Assembly (NCBI GenBank): GCA_031414535.1
Contig: JANNVQ010000047.1
Location: forward strand, 1-14,508
Reading direction: 5' to 3'
Length of the DNA: 14,508 bases
Source of the DNA: Gemmatimonas sp.
GTDB lineage: Bacteria; Gemmatimonadota; Gemmatimonadetes; Gemmatimonadales; Gemmatimonadaceae
Shown: positions 1-7,710 of the stretch, piece by piece
How the letters are laid out: each line of letters begins with the position of its first letter
Numbering within the stretch: the first letter of the stretch is position 1
The notes under the pieces: model-generated
The model's input: the letters and a program-made list of their open reading frames with translations, nothing else
Told to the model about the DNA's origin: nothing
Database searches by the model: none
Program-made: the position numbers and the translations under genes

Positions 1-567
1 GGAAACGTATAGCGTCAAGACTGCGAAGTAGTTGTTAATGTAGTCAAGCATACAAACTGACGCATTGACTTCAGAGCTCAATTGACCAACCATCACCGTA
101 AAGAAAATCATAGACAGACCGGCTCCAAAAAATATTTTGTCGATCATTTCTGGCATGTTCCAAAGTGATGCGTCTTCGAAAGCATGTCCGGCGTTGTTGA
201 TGGCAAAGACAACAAGCACAACCATGAACTGACGGCCCAACAAGAAACGTTTGAGATTGTCACCCGTGTAGGCAACTACATTGCACAAGTAGGCTTTTGG
301 GTGCGTCTCCTTGTACAGTTCTCTGTCCACGATTTCAAGACCAACGATAGATGCTTGGCTTCCCTCAATCATCGTAAGCCAAATGATACAAACCCAAATA
401 ACAACAAATGCAAGGGCAGGGTGAACATCTTCCGCGATCTTTGTTTGTCTGGTAAAGATAACACCCATAATCAGAGCAATTGAGAATATGAGTAGAAGCG
501 TCGAGTAGAGCGACTTGAAAAAGTAGAAGAAGTCGAAGCCCTCGGCATCTGGGTTACGATGTGACAT
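1..567 (-). CDS. SIT: Silicic acid (silicon) transporter, diatom SIT family; 5' part, continues off the left edge
   Basis: Hand translation of complement(1..567) gives 189 codons with no stop: MSHRNPDAEGFDFFYFFKSLYSTLLLIFSIALIMGVIFTRQTKIAEDVHPALAFVVIWVCIIWLTMIEGSQASIVGLEIVDRELYKETHPKAYLCNVVAYTGDNLKRFLLGRQFMVVLVVFAINNAGHAFEDASLWNMPEMIDKIFFGAGLSMIFFTVMVGQLSSEVNASVCMLDYINNYFAVLTLYVS. SIT hallmarks are EGXQ (366-355), GRQ (237-229), GQL and CMLD (54-43), with alternating hydrophobic helices. The ATG is in AAA-ATG context, and the nearest upstream in-frame stop is at 666-664 with no ATG in between. Absent from the supplied ORF track. Confidence 0.95.
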   Translation of the reverse strand, partial: MSHRNPDAEGFDFFYFFKSLYSTLLLIFSIALIMGVIFTRQTKIAEDVHPALAFVVIWVCIIWLTMIEGSQASIVGLEIVDRELYKETHPKAYLCNVVAYTGDNLKRFLLGRQFMVVLVVFAINNAGHAFEDASLWNMPEMIDKIFFGAGLSMIFFTVMVGQLSSEVNASVCMLDYINNYFAVLTLYVS

Positions 568-2070
568 TTTCGAAGCGTGTTTTCGTTCTTTCGATCTGTT
601 TACACCGTGATTATTAGTTGTGATAGAAGCCGCTGTTTTTGCGCTTCTGAAGTAATTGTGAGATCATTAATGGCGAAATGGCATGGTAAAATGAATGCAC
701 AATATCGAAGAAGAACTAGCGATTGACCTGTCGGCCGAAAGTCTATGAAATATGCTCTGCCGCTAAAATAACAGTTAAAAATGATAATCTCATTATCATT
801 GCAAGTATTTACCGTTATGGTGAGCGTCCAACAGCTATTATAACTCCAATGAGAGAAATAAAGAGCAAATAGTGAAGTTGCGACGGTTGCGGAGGCTGTT
901 ATGTTTACCGTTACGGTGGACTTCGGACCCTTTCTGACGGGTAACCCCGGCATCAAGAAGTCTACAGAACAGTACAAGTAGTACCGTCCTTGTACTAGCT
1001 CTCTGGCTAGCTAGAGAGAGTATACTGGAGTACGTCTATACAAGTACTGGCGGGAAACTTGTGTGATCCGTAATTAGCGGTTACGAATGCCCACGAACGG
1101 AAGCGATGATACATCAAAAATGCTCGCACAATATATAAAATAAAAAATTATTTTAACATATTCACAATATTATCTACAGTACAAGTAGGAATTCTACGAC
1201 GGTATCAGGACAATGAATGACGTATTCATTCGTACCTGGTACTTGTACTAGAGTAGTCGTGTTCGAAAAGGGAATCACGGGAGTACTTGTGTACTTGTAC
1301 AAGTACTTGAAGCGATGAGAAGTACTAGTACGGTACAGTACTACCGGTAGTACAAGTACCTGCACAGCTAGTACCTACAAGAGTACTTTGTACTTGTACT
1401 CTTGTATAAATATTTTTTCATTCCGATCGTCCGCACGGACATTAAGGCCTGTCCGTTCGAGTACTTATTGGACGTCTTATGGAATCCGCCGTCTTAAAAA
1501 GGATTGGCTACTGAAACCGTGCCGCCACATCGAGGACACACTGTGAGAAAGCTTTTGATGTAAGACATATTGCATGAAAGGCAAAAATAACTTTTATTGA
1601 ACAAATCAGAATATGTGAAACAGAAATGAAAATATTGACATATCATAACAAATAAACTTCATTTTTTGTACTTGATTCTTTGTGAGAGTTTTGAGACACT
1701 TCATCTTTCTACTAGAGGTTTATGTAGTGCAAACTTCAATTCCAATCATTAAGCTGAGATAGCTAGTCAACAATCAGAAAAAATACTCAGAGGCTAGCTA
1801 TGGCTATGGATGTGGCACTGCGTGGCACTTGTAAACAACAATTTTTTGTTTTTGTCAAGATTGTGTATAGCGAATCCTGAGCATTTCAAAAATCCCCGTA
1901 CAACTTCACGAACCTGATTTCTTCGTACGATCCCCAGTATTCAGTACTGTTAAAGTACAAGTAAGAAATGCCTAACACCCGCGCGCGGTCAGGCACCCGT
2001 AGTTATCCACAAACGACTTTAAGTAGTTGTAACTCCGGAACGACTTGCTCGAATTTCAAAATAAAACATA
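568..2070. other. AT-rich eukaryote-like non-coding region upstream of SIT (promoter/intergenic)
   Basis: No convincing ORF. GC is low (e.g. 13/60 in 1621-1680), with poly-A/T runs and low-complexity GTAC tracts. It lies 5' of the SIT start codon. Confidence 0.75.
972..1400. repeat. GTAC-rich low-complexity tract with short perfect palindromes
   Basis: About 23 GTAC tetramers counted by hand in about 430 bp. Perfect 16-bp palindromes GTACTTGTACAAGTAC (1291-1306) and GTACTACCGGTAGTAC (1338-1353). Near-palindrome CTCTCTGGCTAGCTAGAGAG (999-1018). Confidence 0.8.
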
Positions 2071-3992
2071 GTCGTCACTAGGCCGGGTAAATCATCGGTG
2101 CCATACGCCCGCTGCGCCTCGGCCACCTTCTTGTGCTTCTTGCCCCGCGTGCGTTCCGCGTCGCGCTCGGTGCTGCCGTCGCGCGCATCGGCCACGCGCG
2201 TGGAGAAGCGCACTTGGTCAAGCGACTTCGTCACGCCAGCCGGCACGATACCGTGGTCCTTATTGTGCGCTTCTTGCACGGCGCGACGGCGCGCCGTCTC
2301 GTCCAGGCAGCGCTGCATAGAACCGGTGATGCGATCGGCGTAAAATATGGCGCGTCCTTCCACGTGGCGTGCAGCGCGGCCCGTTGTTTGAATCAGCGAG
2401 CGGTCCGAGCGCAAGAAACCTTCTTGGTCGGCGTCGAGAATCGCAACCAGCGAGACTTCGGGGAGGTCAAGGCCTTCGCGCAGCAGGTTGATGCCGATGA
2501 GCACATCGAACTCACCGAGCCGCAGGCCACGAATGATTTCCATGCGCTCAATGGTCTCGATGTCCGCGTGCATGTAGCGGACGCGCACACCCACCTGCGA
2601 GAGATAATCTGAGAGATCTTCCGCCATCCGCTTGGTGAGCGTCGTGACGAGCACGCGCTCGCCCTTCTTCTCGCGCAGGCGAATCTCGTGCAGGAGATCA
2701 TCCACCTGCCCTTTCACCGGGCGAATCTCGATGATGGGGTCAATGAGTCCCGTCGGACGGATGATCTGCTCGACCACCACGCCTTCGCTGAGCTTGAGTT
2801 CGAGCTCGCCGGGCGTGGCGCTCACGTTCACCGCCCGCGGGGTCAGCCCCAAGAACTCATCGAACATCAGCGGGCGATTATCGAGCGCGCTGGGCAGGCG
2901 GAACCCGTACTCGACCAGCGTTGTCTTGCGCGCACGATCGCCATTGAACATCCCGCCAATCTGCGAGAGCGTGACGTGCGACTCGTCCACGACGACGAGG
3001 AAATCGTCGGGGAAATAGTCGAAGAGCACCGCAGGGCGCGCGCCAGGGGGACGACCCGCGATGACGCGCGAGTAGTTCTCGATGCCGGGGCAGGTGCCGA
3101 TCTCGAGCAGCATCTCGATATCGAAATTCGTACGGCTCTCGAGCCGCTGGGCCTCCAGCAACTTCCCCGCTTCCTTCAGCACCTTCAGGCGATCCACCAA
3201 CTCGAGACGAATCTCTTTCACGGCCTTCTGAATGGTCGGACGGTCCGTGACGAAGTGCTTGGCCGGATAGATCGCCGTGCGCTGCAGCGGAGCAATGGTG
3301 TGGCCCGTCAGCGGATCAATCTTGCTGATCTTCTCAATCTCATCGCCGAACATCTCGATGCGCACGCCCTGTTCTTCATACGCTGGCAGGACTTCCACCG
3401 TGTCGCCACGGACACGAAACGTGCCGCGCTCGAAGGCCACATCGTTGCGGCCATACTGAATAGCGACCAATGCCTTGAGGATGTCGTCGCGGGCGATGGT
3501 CTGCCCCACATGCATCTGCACCATGTTGGCGCGATACGTCTCGGGATCGCCGAGTCCGTAGATGGCGGACACCGTTGCCACGATAATTACGTCGTCGCGC
3601 TCCATCAGGCTCGACGTCGCGCGCAGGCGCAAACGGTCAATGTCTTCATTGATGGAGCTGTCCTTCTCGATGTACGTGTCCGACGAAGGCACGTACGCCT
3701 CCGGCTGGAAGTAATCGTAGTACGAGACGAAATACTCGACGGCGTTGTTGGGAAAGAATCCCTTAATCTCACCGTAGAGCTGTGCCGCCAACGTCTTGTT
3801 GTGCGAGAGTACCAGCGCCGGCCGCCCCCACTGCGCGATGACATTGGCCATCGTCATCGTCTTCCCCGAGCCTGTGACGCCAAGCAAGGTCTGAAAGCGA
3901 TCGCCGCGATTCAAGCCAGCGACCAGCTCCGCGATAGCGCGAGGCTGGTCGCCGGCGGGGGCGAAGGGGGCTTGGAGGTCGAAGGATGCCAT
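2019..3992 (-). CDS. uvrB: Excinuclease ABC subunit B, 3'-truncated at about 2071; the last ~16 codons read into foreign DNA
   Basis: Motifs [10 protein letters not shown] (Walker A), [22 protein letters not shown] (beta-hairpin region), [30 protein letters not shown] and GRAAR. The C-terminal UVR coiled-coil is absent. ATG at 3992 preferred over GTG at 3998. Confidence 0.96.
   Translation of the reverse strand: MASFDLQAPFAPAGDQPRAIAELVAGLNRGDRFQTLLGVTGSGKTMTMANVIAQWGRPALVLSHNKTLAAQLYGEIKGFFPNNAVEYFVSYYDYFQPEAYVPSSDTYIEKDSSINEDIDRLRLRATSSLMERDDVIIVATVSAIYGLGDPETYRANMVQMHVGQTIARDDILKALVAIQYGRNDVAFERGTFRVRGDTVEVLPAYEEQGVRIEMFGDEIEKISKIDPLTGHTIAPLQRTAIYPAKHFVTDRPTIQKAVKEIRLELVDRLKVLKEAGKLLEAQRLESRTNFDIEMLLEIGTCPGIENYSRVIAGRPPGARPAVLFDYFPDDFLVVVDESHVTLSQIGGMFNGDRARKTTLVEYGFRLPSALDNRPLMFDEFLGLTPRAVNVSATPGELELKLSEGVVVEQIIRPTGLIDPIIEIRPVKGQVDDLLHEIRLREKKGERVLVTTLTKRMAEDLSDYLSQVGVRVRYMHADIETIERMEIIRGLRLGEFDVLIGINLLREGLDLPEVSLVAILDADQEGFLRSDRSLIQTTGRAARHVEGRAIFYADRITGSMQRCLDETARRRAVQEAHNKDHGIVPAGVTKSLDQVRFSTRVADARDGSTERDAERTRGKKHKKVAEAQRAYGTDDLPGLVTTMFYFEIRASRSGVTTT
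2060..2085. other. Eukaryote/bacterium junction (composition break inside the uvrB 3' end)
   Basis: Abrupt switch from AT-rich (...TTTCAAAATAAAACATA) to GC-rich sequence (42/60 GC in 2101-2160). The UvrB-like sequence ends at about DDLPGLVTT and is followed by the non-UvrB tail [16 protein letters not shown]. Confidence 0.85.
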
Positions 3993-4002
3993 AGGCACAA
4001 TG

Positions 4003-4053
4003 GACGGAAGACGGATGACGGATGCAACCAGCGTCCGTCATCCGTCATCCGTC
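4003..4053. repeat. Heptamer-array inverted repeat 1, (GACGGAW)3 hairpin
   Basis: Left arm GACGGAA GACGGAT GACGGAT GC (4003-4025), loop AACCA, right arm GC GTCCGTC ATCCGTC ATCCGTC (4031-4053). 23-bp arms with 2 mismatches. Confidence 0.93.
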
Positions 4054-4057
4054 GGGT

Positions 4058-4501
4058 TTACATCCCCGGGAACAGCGCCCGGTCCCACGGGATGCCGCCT
4101 AGGATTAGGGAGAGCGTCATGAAGGCAAAGACCACGCCAACCCTGTGCCGAACAGCATCGGTGGGACGGCTCTTCGCGGTGATGCTGCCGATCGTAATCA
4201 GGATGGCAGCGAGGACCATCATCGTCGGGTGCTCGACGACGACCTTCCGAAGTGCCGGGTCGGCCATCGTGGCCTCCATATCGCGCATCGCCGCCTTTAC
4301 GACGGGGCTGTTCATCAGCAGCAGCAGTCCGAGCAGCAGCTGGAGGTGGACGCTACCCATGAACATCGCCAGAGCACGGCGCGCGGCGACGAAGGGCCGG
4401 TCACCGCCGAGGCCTTGGGCAGTGCGCACGACAGCCAGCACGCCGAGGACGAGCACGACCCAGCGGAGAACGTTGTGCGTATGAAGGAGAGCGCTGTACA
4501 T
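4058..4501 (-). CDS. Conserved 4-TM membrane protein of unknown function, possibly cytochrome b-like
   Basis: 147 aa with four hydrophobic segments, H7/H9, H52, an EHP motif (H91), H119 and a C-terminal IPW. Same strand and codon style as its neighbours. Confidence 0.85.
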   Translation of the reverse strand: MYSALLHTHNVLRWVVLVLGVLAVVRTAQGLGGDRPFVAARRALAMFMGSVHLQLLLGLLLLMNSPVVKAAMRDMEATMADPALRKVVVEHPTMMVLAAILITIGSITAKSRPTDAVRHRVGVVFAFMTLSLILGGIPWDRALFPGM

Positions 4502-4506
4502 GGGGA

Positions 4507-4635
4507 GACGGGACGGATGACGGAGGACGGATGCTGACCGCGGACGTAGGGAAAGTTAGTCGCGGATGGCAATTTTGGTGCGCCGGAAAGCCTTGGCCAC
4601 ACTTCATCCGTCATCCGTCATCCGTCTTCCGTCCA
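4507..4635. repeat. Heptamer-array inverted repeat 2 with an inner spacer of about 70 bp
   Basis: Left arm GACGG GACGGAT GACGGAG GACGGAT G (4507-4533). Right arm C ATCCGTC ATCCGTC ATCCGTC TTCCGTC CA (4605-4635). Confidence 0.9.
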
Positions 4636-4645
4636 GTTTCAGGGA

Positions 4646-6832
4646 CTAATCTTCTTCCGCACTCAACCGTTCGCGCCGTGCCACCTCTGAGACTCCCTTC
4701 ACCCTCCGCGCCGCCTTCACGATGCGCTCGAGATGCGCGAGGTTCTCGACTTCGACGATTGCCGCCCCGGAGAATCGGCCATCCGTCGTTTTGAGCTCTA
4801 ACGAGCGGATGTCAGTGCCTGTGCCGCTGACGGCGGCGGCGAGGTCCGCGTAGAGCCCACGCCGGTCCGTGCCCTCGATTGCGAGTCGCACGGTAAAGCG
4901 CTCCCCCGCTGTTTCCTGCCAATCAATCTCCAGCCGGCGCTCCGGCTCGTGCACCAGCGTCAGGAGATTTGGGCAATCATCACGGTGAATGCTCACGCCG
5001 CGGCCGCGCGTCACGTATCCCACCACCTTGTCGCCCGGTACTGGTTGGCAGCACTGCGCATAGCGCACAAGCAAACCGTCGGCTCCCTGGATGCGCAGGC
5101 CTTTGGAATGTCTTGGCCCGCGCATACGGTCAATCAGGCGCTCAATCGGACTCGGCCGCAGGGCCGCATTGTCCGCTTCATCGAGGTCCGGATAGATCGC
5201 CTTCAGAAGCTGGGTGATGTTGATGTCACCCGAGCCGATGCTCGAATAGATGTGGTCCGGCCCATTCAGCTTGAGGGCCTCCACGCCGCGCGCGAGTTCC
5301 GCGTCAGTGAGCTTGGTGTGCTTCCGGCGCCTAAGTTCCCGGTCGAGAATCTCCTGACCCACGGTCACGAAGGTCTTCTGCTCTTCGTTGCGGAGCCATT
5401 GGCGAATCTTATGCCGCGCGCGGCCGGTGTGCACGTGGGCGAGCCAGTCGCGGCTCGGGCGTGCATTTGGCGAGCGGATGACCTCAACAGTCTCTGAATT
5501 CCGCAGCTCGCGCGAGAGCGGCACAATGCGCCCATTCACGCGCGCGCCCTGCGTGTGCAAGCCAAGCTGCGTGTGGACCGCAAAGGCGAAGTCAATCGGG
5601 GTCGCGCCCTTGGGTAACTGAATCACATCCCCATTGGGCGTGAAGACGAAGATTTCGTCCTGATACAAGTCGAGCTTCAGAAACTCGAGGAACTGATCCG
5701 GCGTCTCGGCGTCAAGCTGCAACTCCAACACCTGGCGGAACCACGCGAGGTGACGATCCAGATCCTTGCCGCCTTTGCCGTCGCCCTTGTAGACCCAGTG
5801 CGCCGCGATGCCGTACTCCGCCGTGCGATGCATGTCGCGCGTGCGAATCTGGATTTCAAACAGCGTGCCTTTGGGCCCGAACACCGTCGTGTGCAGTGAC
5901 TGATAGCCGTTACTCTTGGGCGAGGCGATGTAGTCCTTGATGCGCTCCTGCAGCGGCGTCCACGAGCCGTGAATCACACCCAGCGCGTGATAGCACTCGG
6001 GGATATTCTCCACCGTTACGCGGATGGCGTAAAGATCGTAGATTTCGTCGTAGGGCTTCGCACGCTTCTCCATCTTCTTGTGGATGGACCACAAGTGCTT
6101 GGGCCGCCCGCTGACCTCGTGCACCACGACCCCAGCCTCCCGCAGGCGACGCTCCAGCGGCTCCGCCATCTCGGACGTGAGCTTGTCGCGGTCGGCCCGC
6201 GTCTGCGCCACCATCTTGGCGAGCGTGCGGTACTCGTCCGGCTCCAGCCACTTGAAGGCGAGATCCTCGAGCTCCGCTTTCACGGAGTTCAGACCGAAGC
6301 GATGCGCCATCGGAGCGTACAGGTCGCGCGTCTCGAGCGCAATCCGGGTGCGCTTCTCCTCGGGCATCCACTCCAGCGTCCGCATGTTATGCAAACGGTC
6401 CGCGAGCTTCACCAGAATGACGCGCACGTCCTTGGCCACGGAGAGCAACAGCTTGCGATAGCTCTCCACCTGCCGCTCTTCGCGCGAAGCCATGGGCAGA
6501 TGGCCAATCTTCGTCAGGCCATCCACAATCTGCGCGACCTCACGCCCGAACTCGCGCTCCACATCCTCAACCGTGTACGCGGTGTCCTCTACCACGTCGT
6601 GAATCAGCCCACTGGCCACGGTGATGGAGTCCAACTGCAGATCGGCGAGAATCTTCGCCACCTGCACGCAATGCGTCACATAGGGGTCGCCGTTCCGGCG
6701 CGTTTGCCCCGCATGCGCCTTCTCAGAGAAGCGGTAGGCCTTGGCCAACAGGTCCACGTCCAAGCGCCCCGTCGCCGAATCGGCGGCCAGGTCCCAGTTG
6801 GGGATGATCTCGGAGAGGACGGGAGCGGACAC
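4646..6832 (-). CDS. rel: Bifunctional (p)ppGpp synthetase/hydrolase (long RSH, Rel/SpoT family), about 728 aa
   Basis: Intact HD hydrolase (HAGQTR, HDVVEDT, KLADRLHNMRTL). Synthetase motifs GRPKH, DLYAIR, RIKD (the RxKD type of bifunctional enzymes), KSNGYQSLH, EIQIRT and GIAAHWVYK. Also TGS, a CC...H...C zinc finger and an ACT domain. Start placed at GTG 6832, because the ORF-track extension to 7378 runs through repeats and radC. Confidence 0.95.
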   Translation of the reverse strand: MSAPVLSEIIPNWDLAADSATGRLDVDLLAKAYRFSEKAHAGQTRRNGDPYVTHCVQVAKILADLQLDSITVASGLIHDVVEDTAYTVEDVEREFGREVAQIVDGLTKIGHLPMASREERQVESYRKLLLSVAKDVRVILVKLADRLHNMRTLEWMPEEKRTRIALETRDLYAPMAHRFGLNSVKAELEDLAFKWLEPDEYRTLAKMVAQTRADRDKLTSEMAEPLERRLREAGVVVHEVSGRPKHLWSIHKKMEKRAKPYDEIYDLYAIRVTVENIPECYHALGVIHGSWTPLQERIKDYIASPKSNGYQSLHTTVFGPKGTLFEIQIRTRDMHRTAEYGIAAHWVYKGDGKGGKDLDRHLAWFRQVLELQLDAETPDQFLEFLKLDLYQDEIFVFTPNGDVIQLPKGATPIDFAFAVHTQLGLHTQGARVNGRIVPLSRELRNSETVEVIRSPNARPSRDWLAHVHTGRARHKIRQWLRNEEQKTFVTVGQEILDRELRRRKHTKLTDAELARGVEALKLNGPDHIYSSIGSGDINITQLLKAIYPDLDEADNAALRPSPIERLIDRMRGPRHSKGLRIQGADGLLVRYAQCCQPVPGDKVVGYVTRGRGVSIHRDDCPNLLTLVHEPERRLEIDWQETAGERFTVRLAIEGTDRRGLYADLAAAVSGTGTDIRSLELKTTDGRFSGAAIVEVENLAHLERIVKAARRVKGVSEVARRERLSAEED

Positions 6833-6838
6833 GCACGA

Positions 6839-6868
6839 AGTATAGGGAGGAGCGAAGAGCGATGGAAA
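6839..6868 (-). promoter_or_regulatory. Candidate sigma70 promoter for a leaderless rel transcript
   Basis: Minus strand reads TTTCCA-N18-TATACT-N6-GTG (TATACT at 6844-6839). No Shine-Dalgarno sequence before the start. Confidence 0.5.
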
Positions 6869-7032
6869 GGAGCGAGGTTTGAATAACGAGGTTTGAAAAG
6901 CGAGTTTGGAGGTCCGAAGGTCAAAGGAGATGACCCTCCCCACCTTCCCCTTCCTCCCTTCCCGTCTTCCGTCCCTATCGCTCTTCGTTACTTCGCTCTT
7001 CCATTTCGCTTTTCGCTCCTCGCTCTTCGCTA
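6850..7032. repeat. Degenerate inverted heptamer arrays (GAGCGAR / YTCGCTC family) around a purine/pyrimidine-skewed core
   Basis: Left (6850-6918): GAGCGAA GAGCGAT GGAAAG GAGCGAG GTTTGAA TAACGAG GTTTGAA AAGCGAG TTTGGAG GTCCGAA. Right (6977-7032): ATCGCTC TTCGTTA C TTCGCTC TTCCAT TTCGCTT TTCGCTC CTCGCTC TTCGCTA. Includes CCGTCTTCCGTCC (6962-6974), the reverse complement of 4002-4014. Confidence 0.85.
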
Positions 7033-7710
7033 GAGGAGTCCTAGCTCGGCAAAGGACACATACCGCCCTCTCCCAATCACCACATGATCGTGAATCGGGA
7101 TGTCCAAGAGCCGTCCCGCCGCCACGAGTTGGCTCGTAATGGCTCGGTCGTCTGAGCTTGGATTCGGGTCCCCACTGGGATGGTTGTGGACCAGCACGAT
7201 ACTGGCCGCTCGCTCGGCGATGGCTTCGCGGAACACCTCGCGCGGGTGCACGAGGCTTGAGTTGAGGATACCGCGGCTCACCAGCACGTCGCGCTCCAAC
7301 CGATGCTGCGCGTCCAACACGGCCACGTGGAACTCTTCCACGGTGAGCGCCTCCAGCCGCGGACCGTAGTAGCGCCACACATCGCGCGGCCCCCGCAGCG
7401 GCTCGCCTTCATCCGTGGCCTCCGCCGCGAGGCGGCGTCCGACCTCCAGCGCCGCGTGGATGGCCAGTGCCTTGGCCTCCCCAAGCCCATGCACGGCCGT
7501 GAGCGTGGCCACCGGCATCTGCATCAGTCGCCGCAGCGAGCCCCCAGCACGGTGGAGGATCTGTTGCGCCGAGTCTGAGGCTGAGTGCCCCGCTCCCCCG
7601 GTGCCGATGAGAAGCGCAAGCAGTTCCGTGGTGGTCAGCGCCTGCGCACCGTGTGCACGAAGGCGTTCCCGCGGGCGGTCAGCGGGTGGGAGTTCGAGGA
7701 TGGAGGGCAC
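7030..7710 (-). CDS. radC: RadC / UPF0758 family protein (HhH plus JAB/MPN domain)
   Basis: PRERL...GAQALTTTELLALLIGTG N-terminus, GLGEAKA helix-hairpin-helix, VHPREVF, HNHPSGDPNPSSDD JAMM motif and DHVVIG. Start is GTG 7710 or TTG 7719. Confidence 0.95.
   Translation of the reverse strand: MPSILELPPADRPRERLRAHGAQALTTTELLALLIGTGGAGHSASDSAQQILHRAGGSLRRLMQMPVATLTAVHGLGEAKALAIHAALEVGRRLAAEATDEGEPLRGPRDVWRYYGPRLEALTVEEFHVAVLDAQHRLERDVLVSRGILNSSLVHPREVFREAIAERAASIVLVHNHPSGDPNPSSDDRAITSQLVAAGRLLDIPIHDHVVIGRGRYVSFAELGLL

Noticed and set aside
184..483. 99-aa plus-strand ORF
   Set aside because: It is the antisense shadow of the SIT coding sequence and has no recognisable motifs.
600..977. 125-aa minus-strand ORF upstream of SIT
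   Set aside because: Non-ATG start in eukaryote-like DNA and no recognisable domain. A small exon cannot be excluded but is unsupported.
1174..1365. 63-aa ORF rich in V/L/Y/T
   Set aside because: It is a translation of the GTAC low-complexity tract.
1812..1829. Direct repeat GTGGCACT x2
   Set aside because: Too short to separate from chance without comparative data.
2003..2011. Perfect DnaA box TTATCCACA
   Set aside because: Single copy on the eukaryote-like side, with no box cluster or dnaA/oriC context. One 9-mer in 14.5 kb is compatible with chance.
1..2070. SIT region as a genuine bacterial genomic island
   Set aside because: It has 1.5 kb of gene-free eukaryote-like DNA, a diatom-type protein and no integrase or att site, and the join truncates uvrB without restoring its 3' end.
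2688..4484. 598-aa plus-strand ORF (also 8984-10642, 5969-6886, 11960-12820 and 12893-13630)
   Set aside because: These are antisense shadow ORFs of well-supported genes, expected from high-GC codon bias. They carry no motifs.
6833..7378. 182-aa N-terminal extension of Rel in the ORF track
   Set aside because: It overlaps radC in another frame and reads through the heptamer arrays. RSH-like sequence begins after about 6832.
7030..7710. radC as a marker of a mobile or anti-restriction element
   Set aside because: It is the full-length HhH+JAB chromosomal form among housekeeping genes, with no integrase or other mobile genes nearby.
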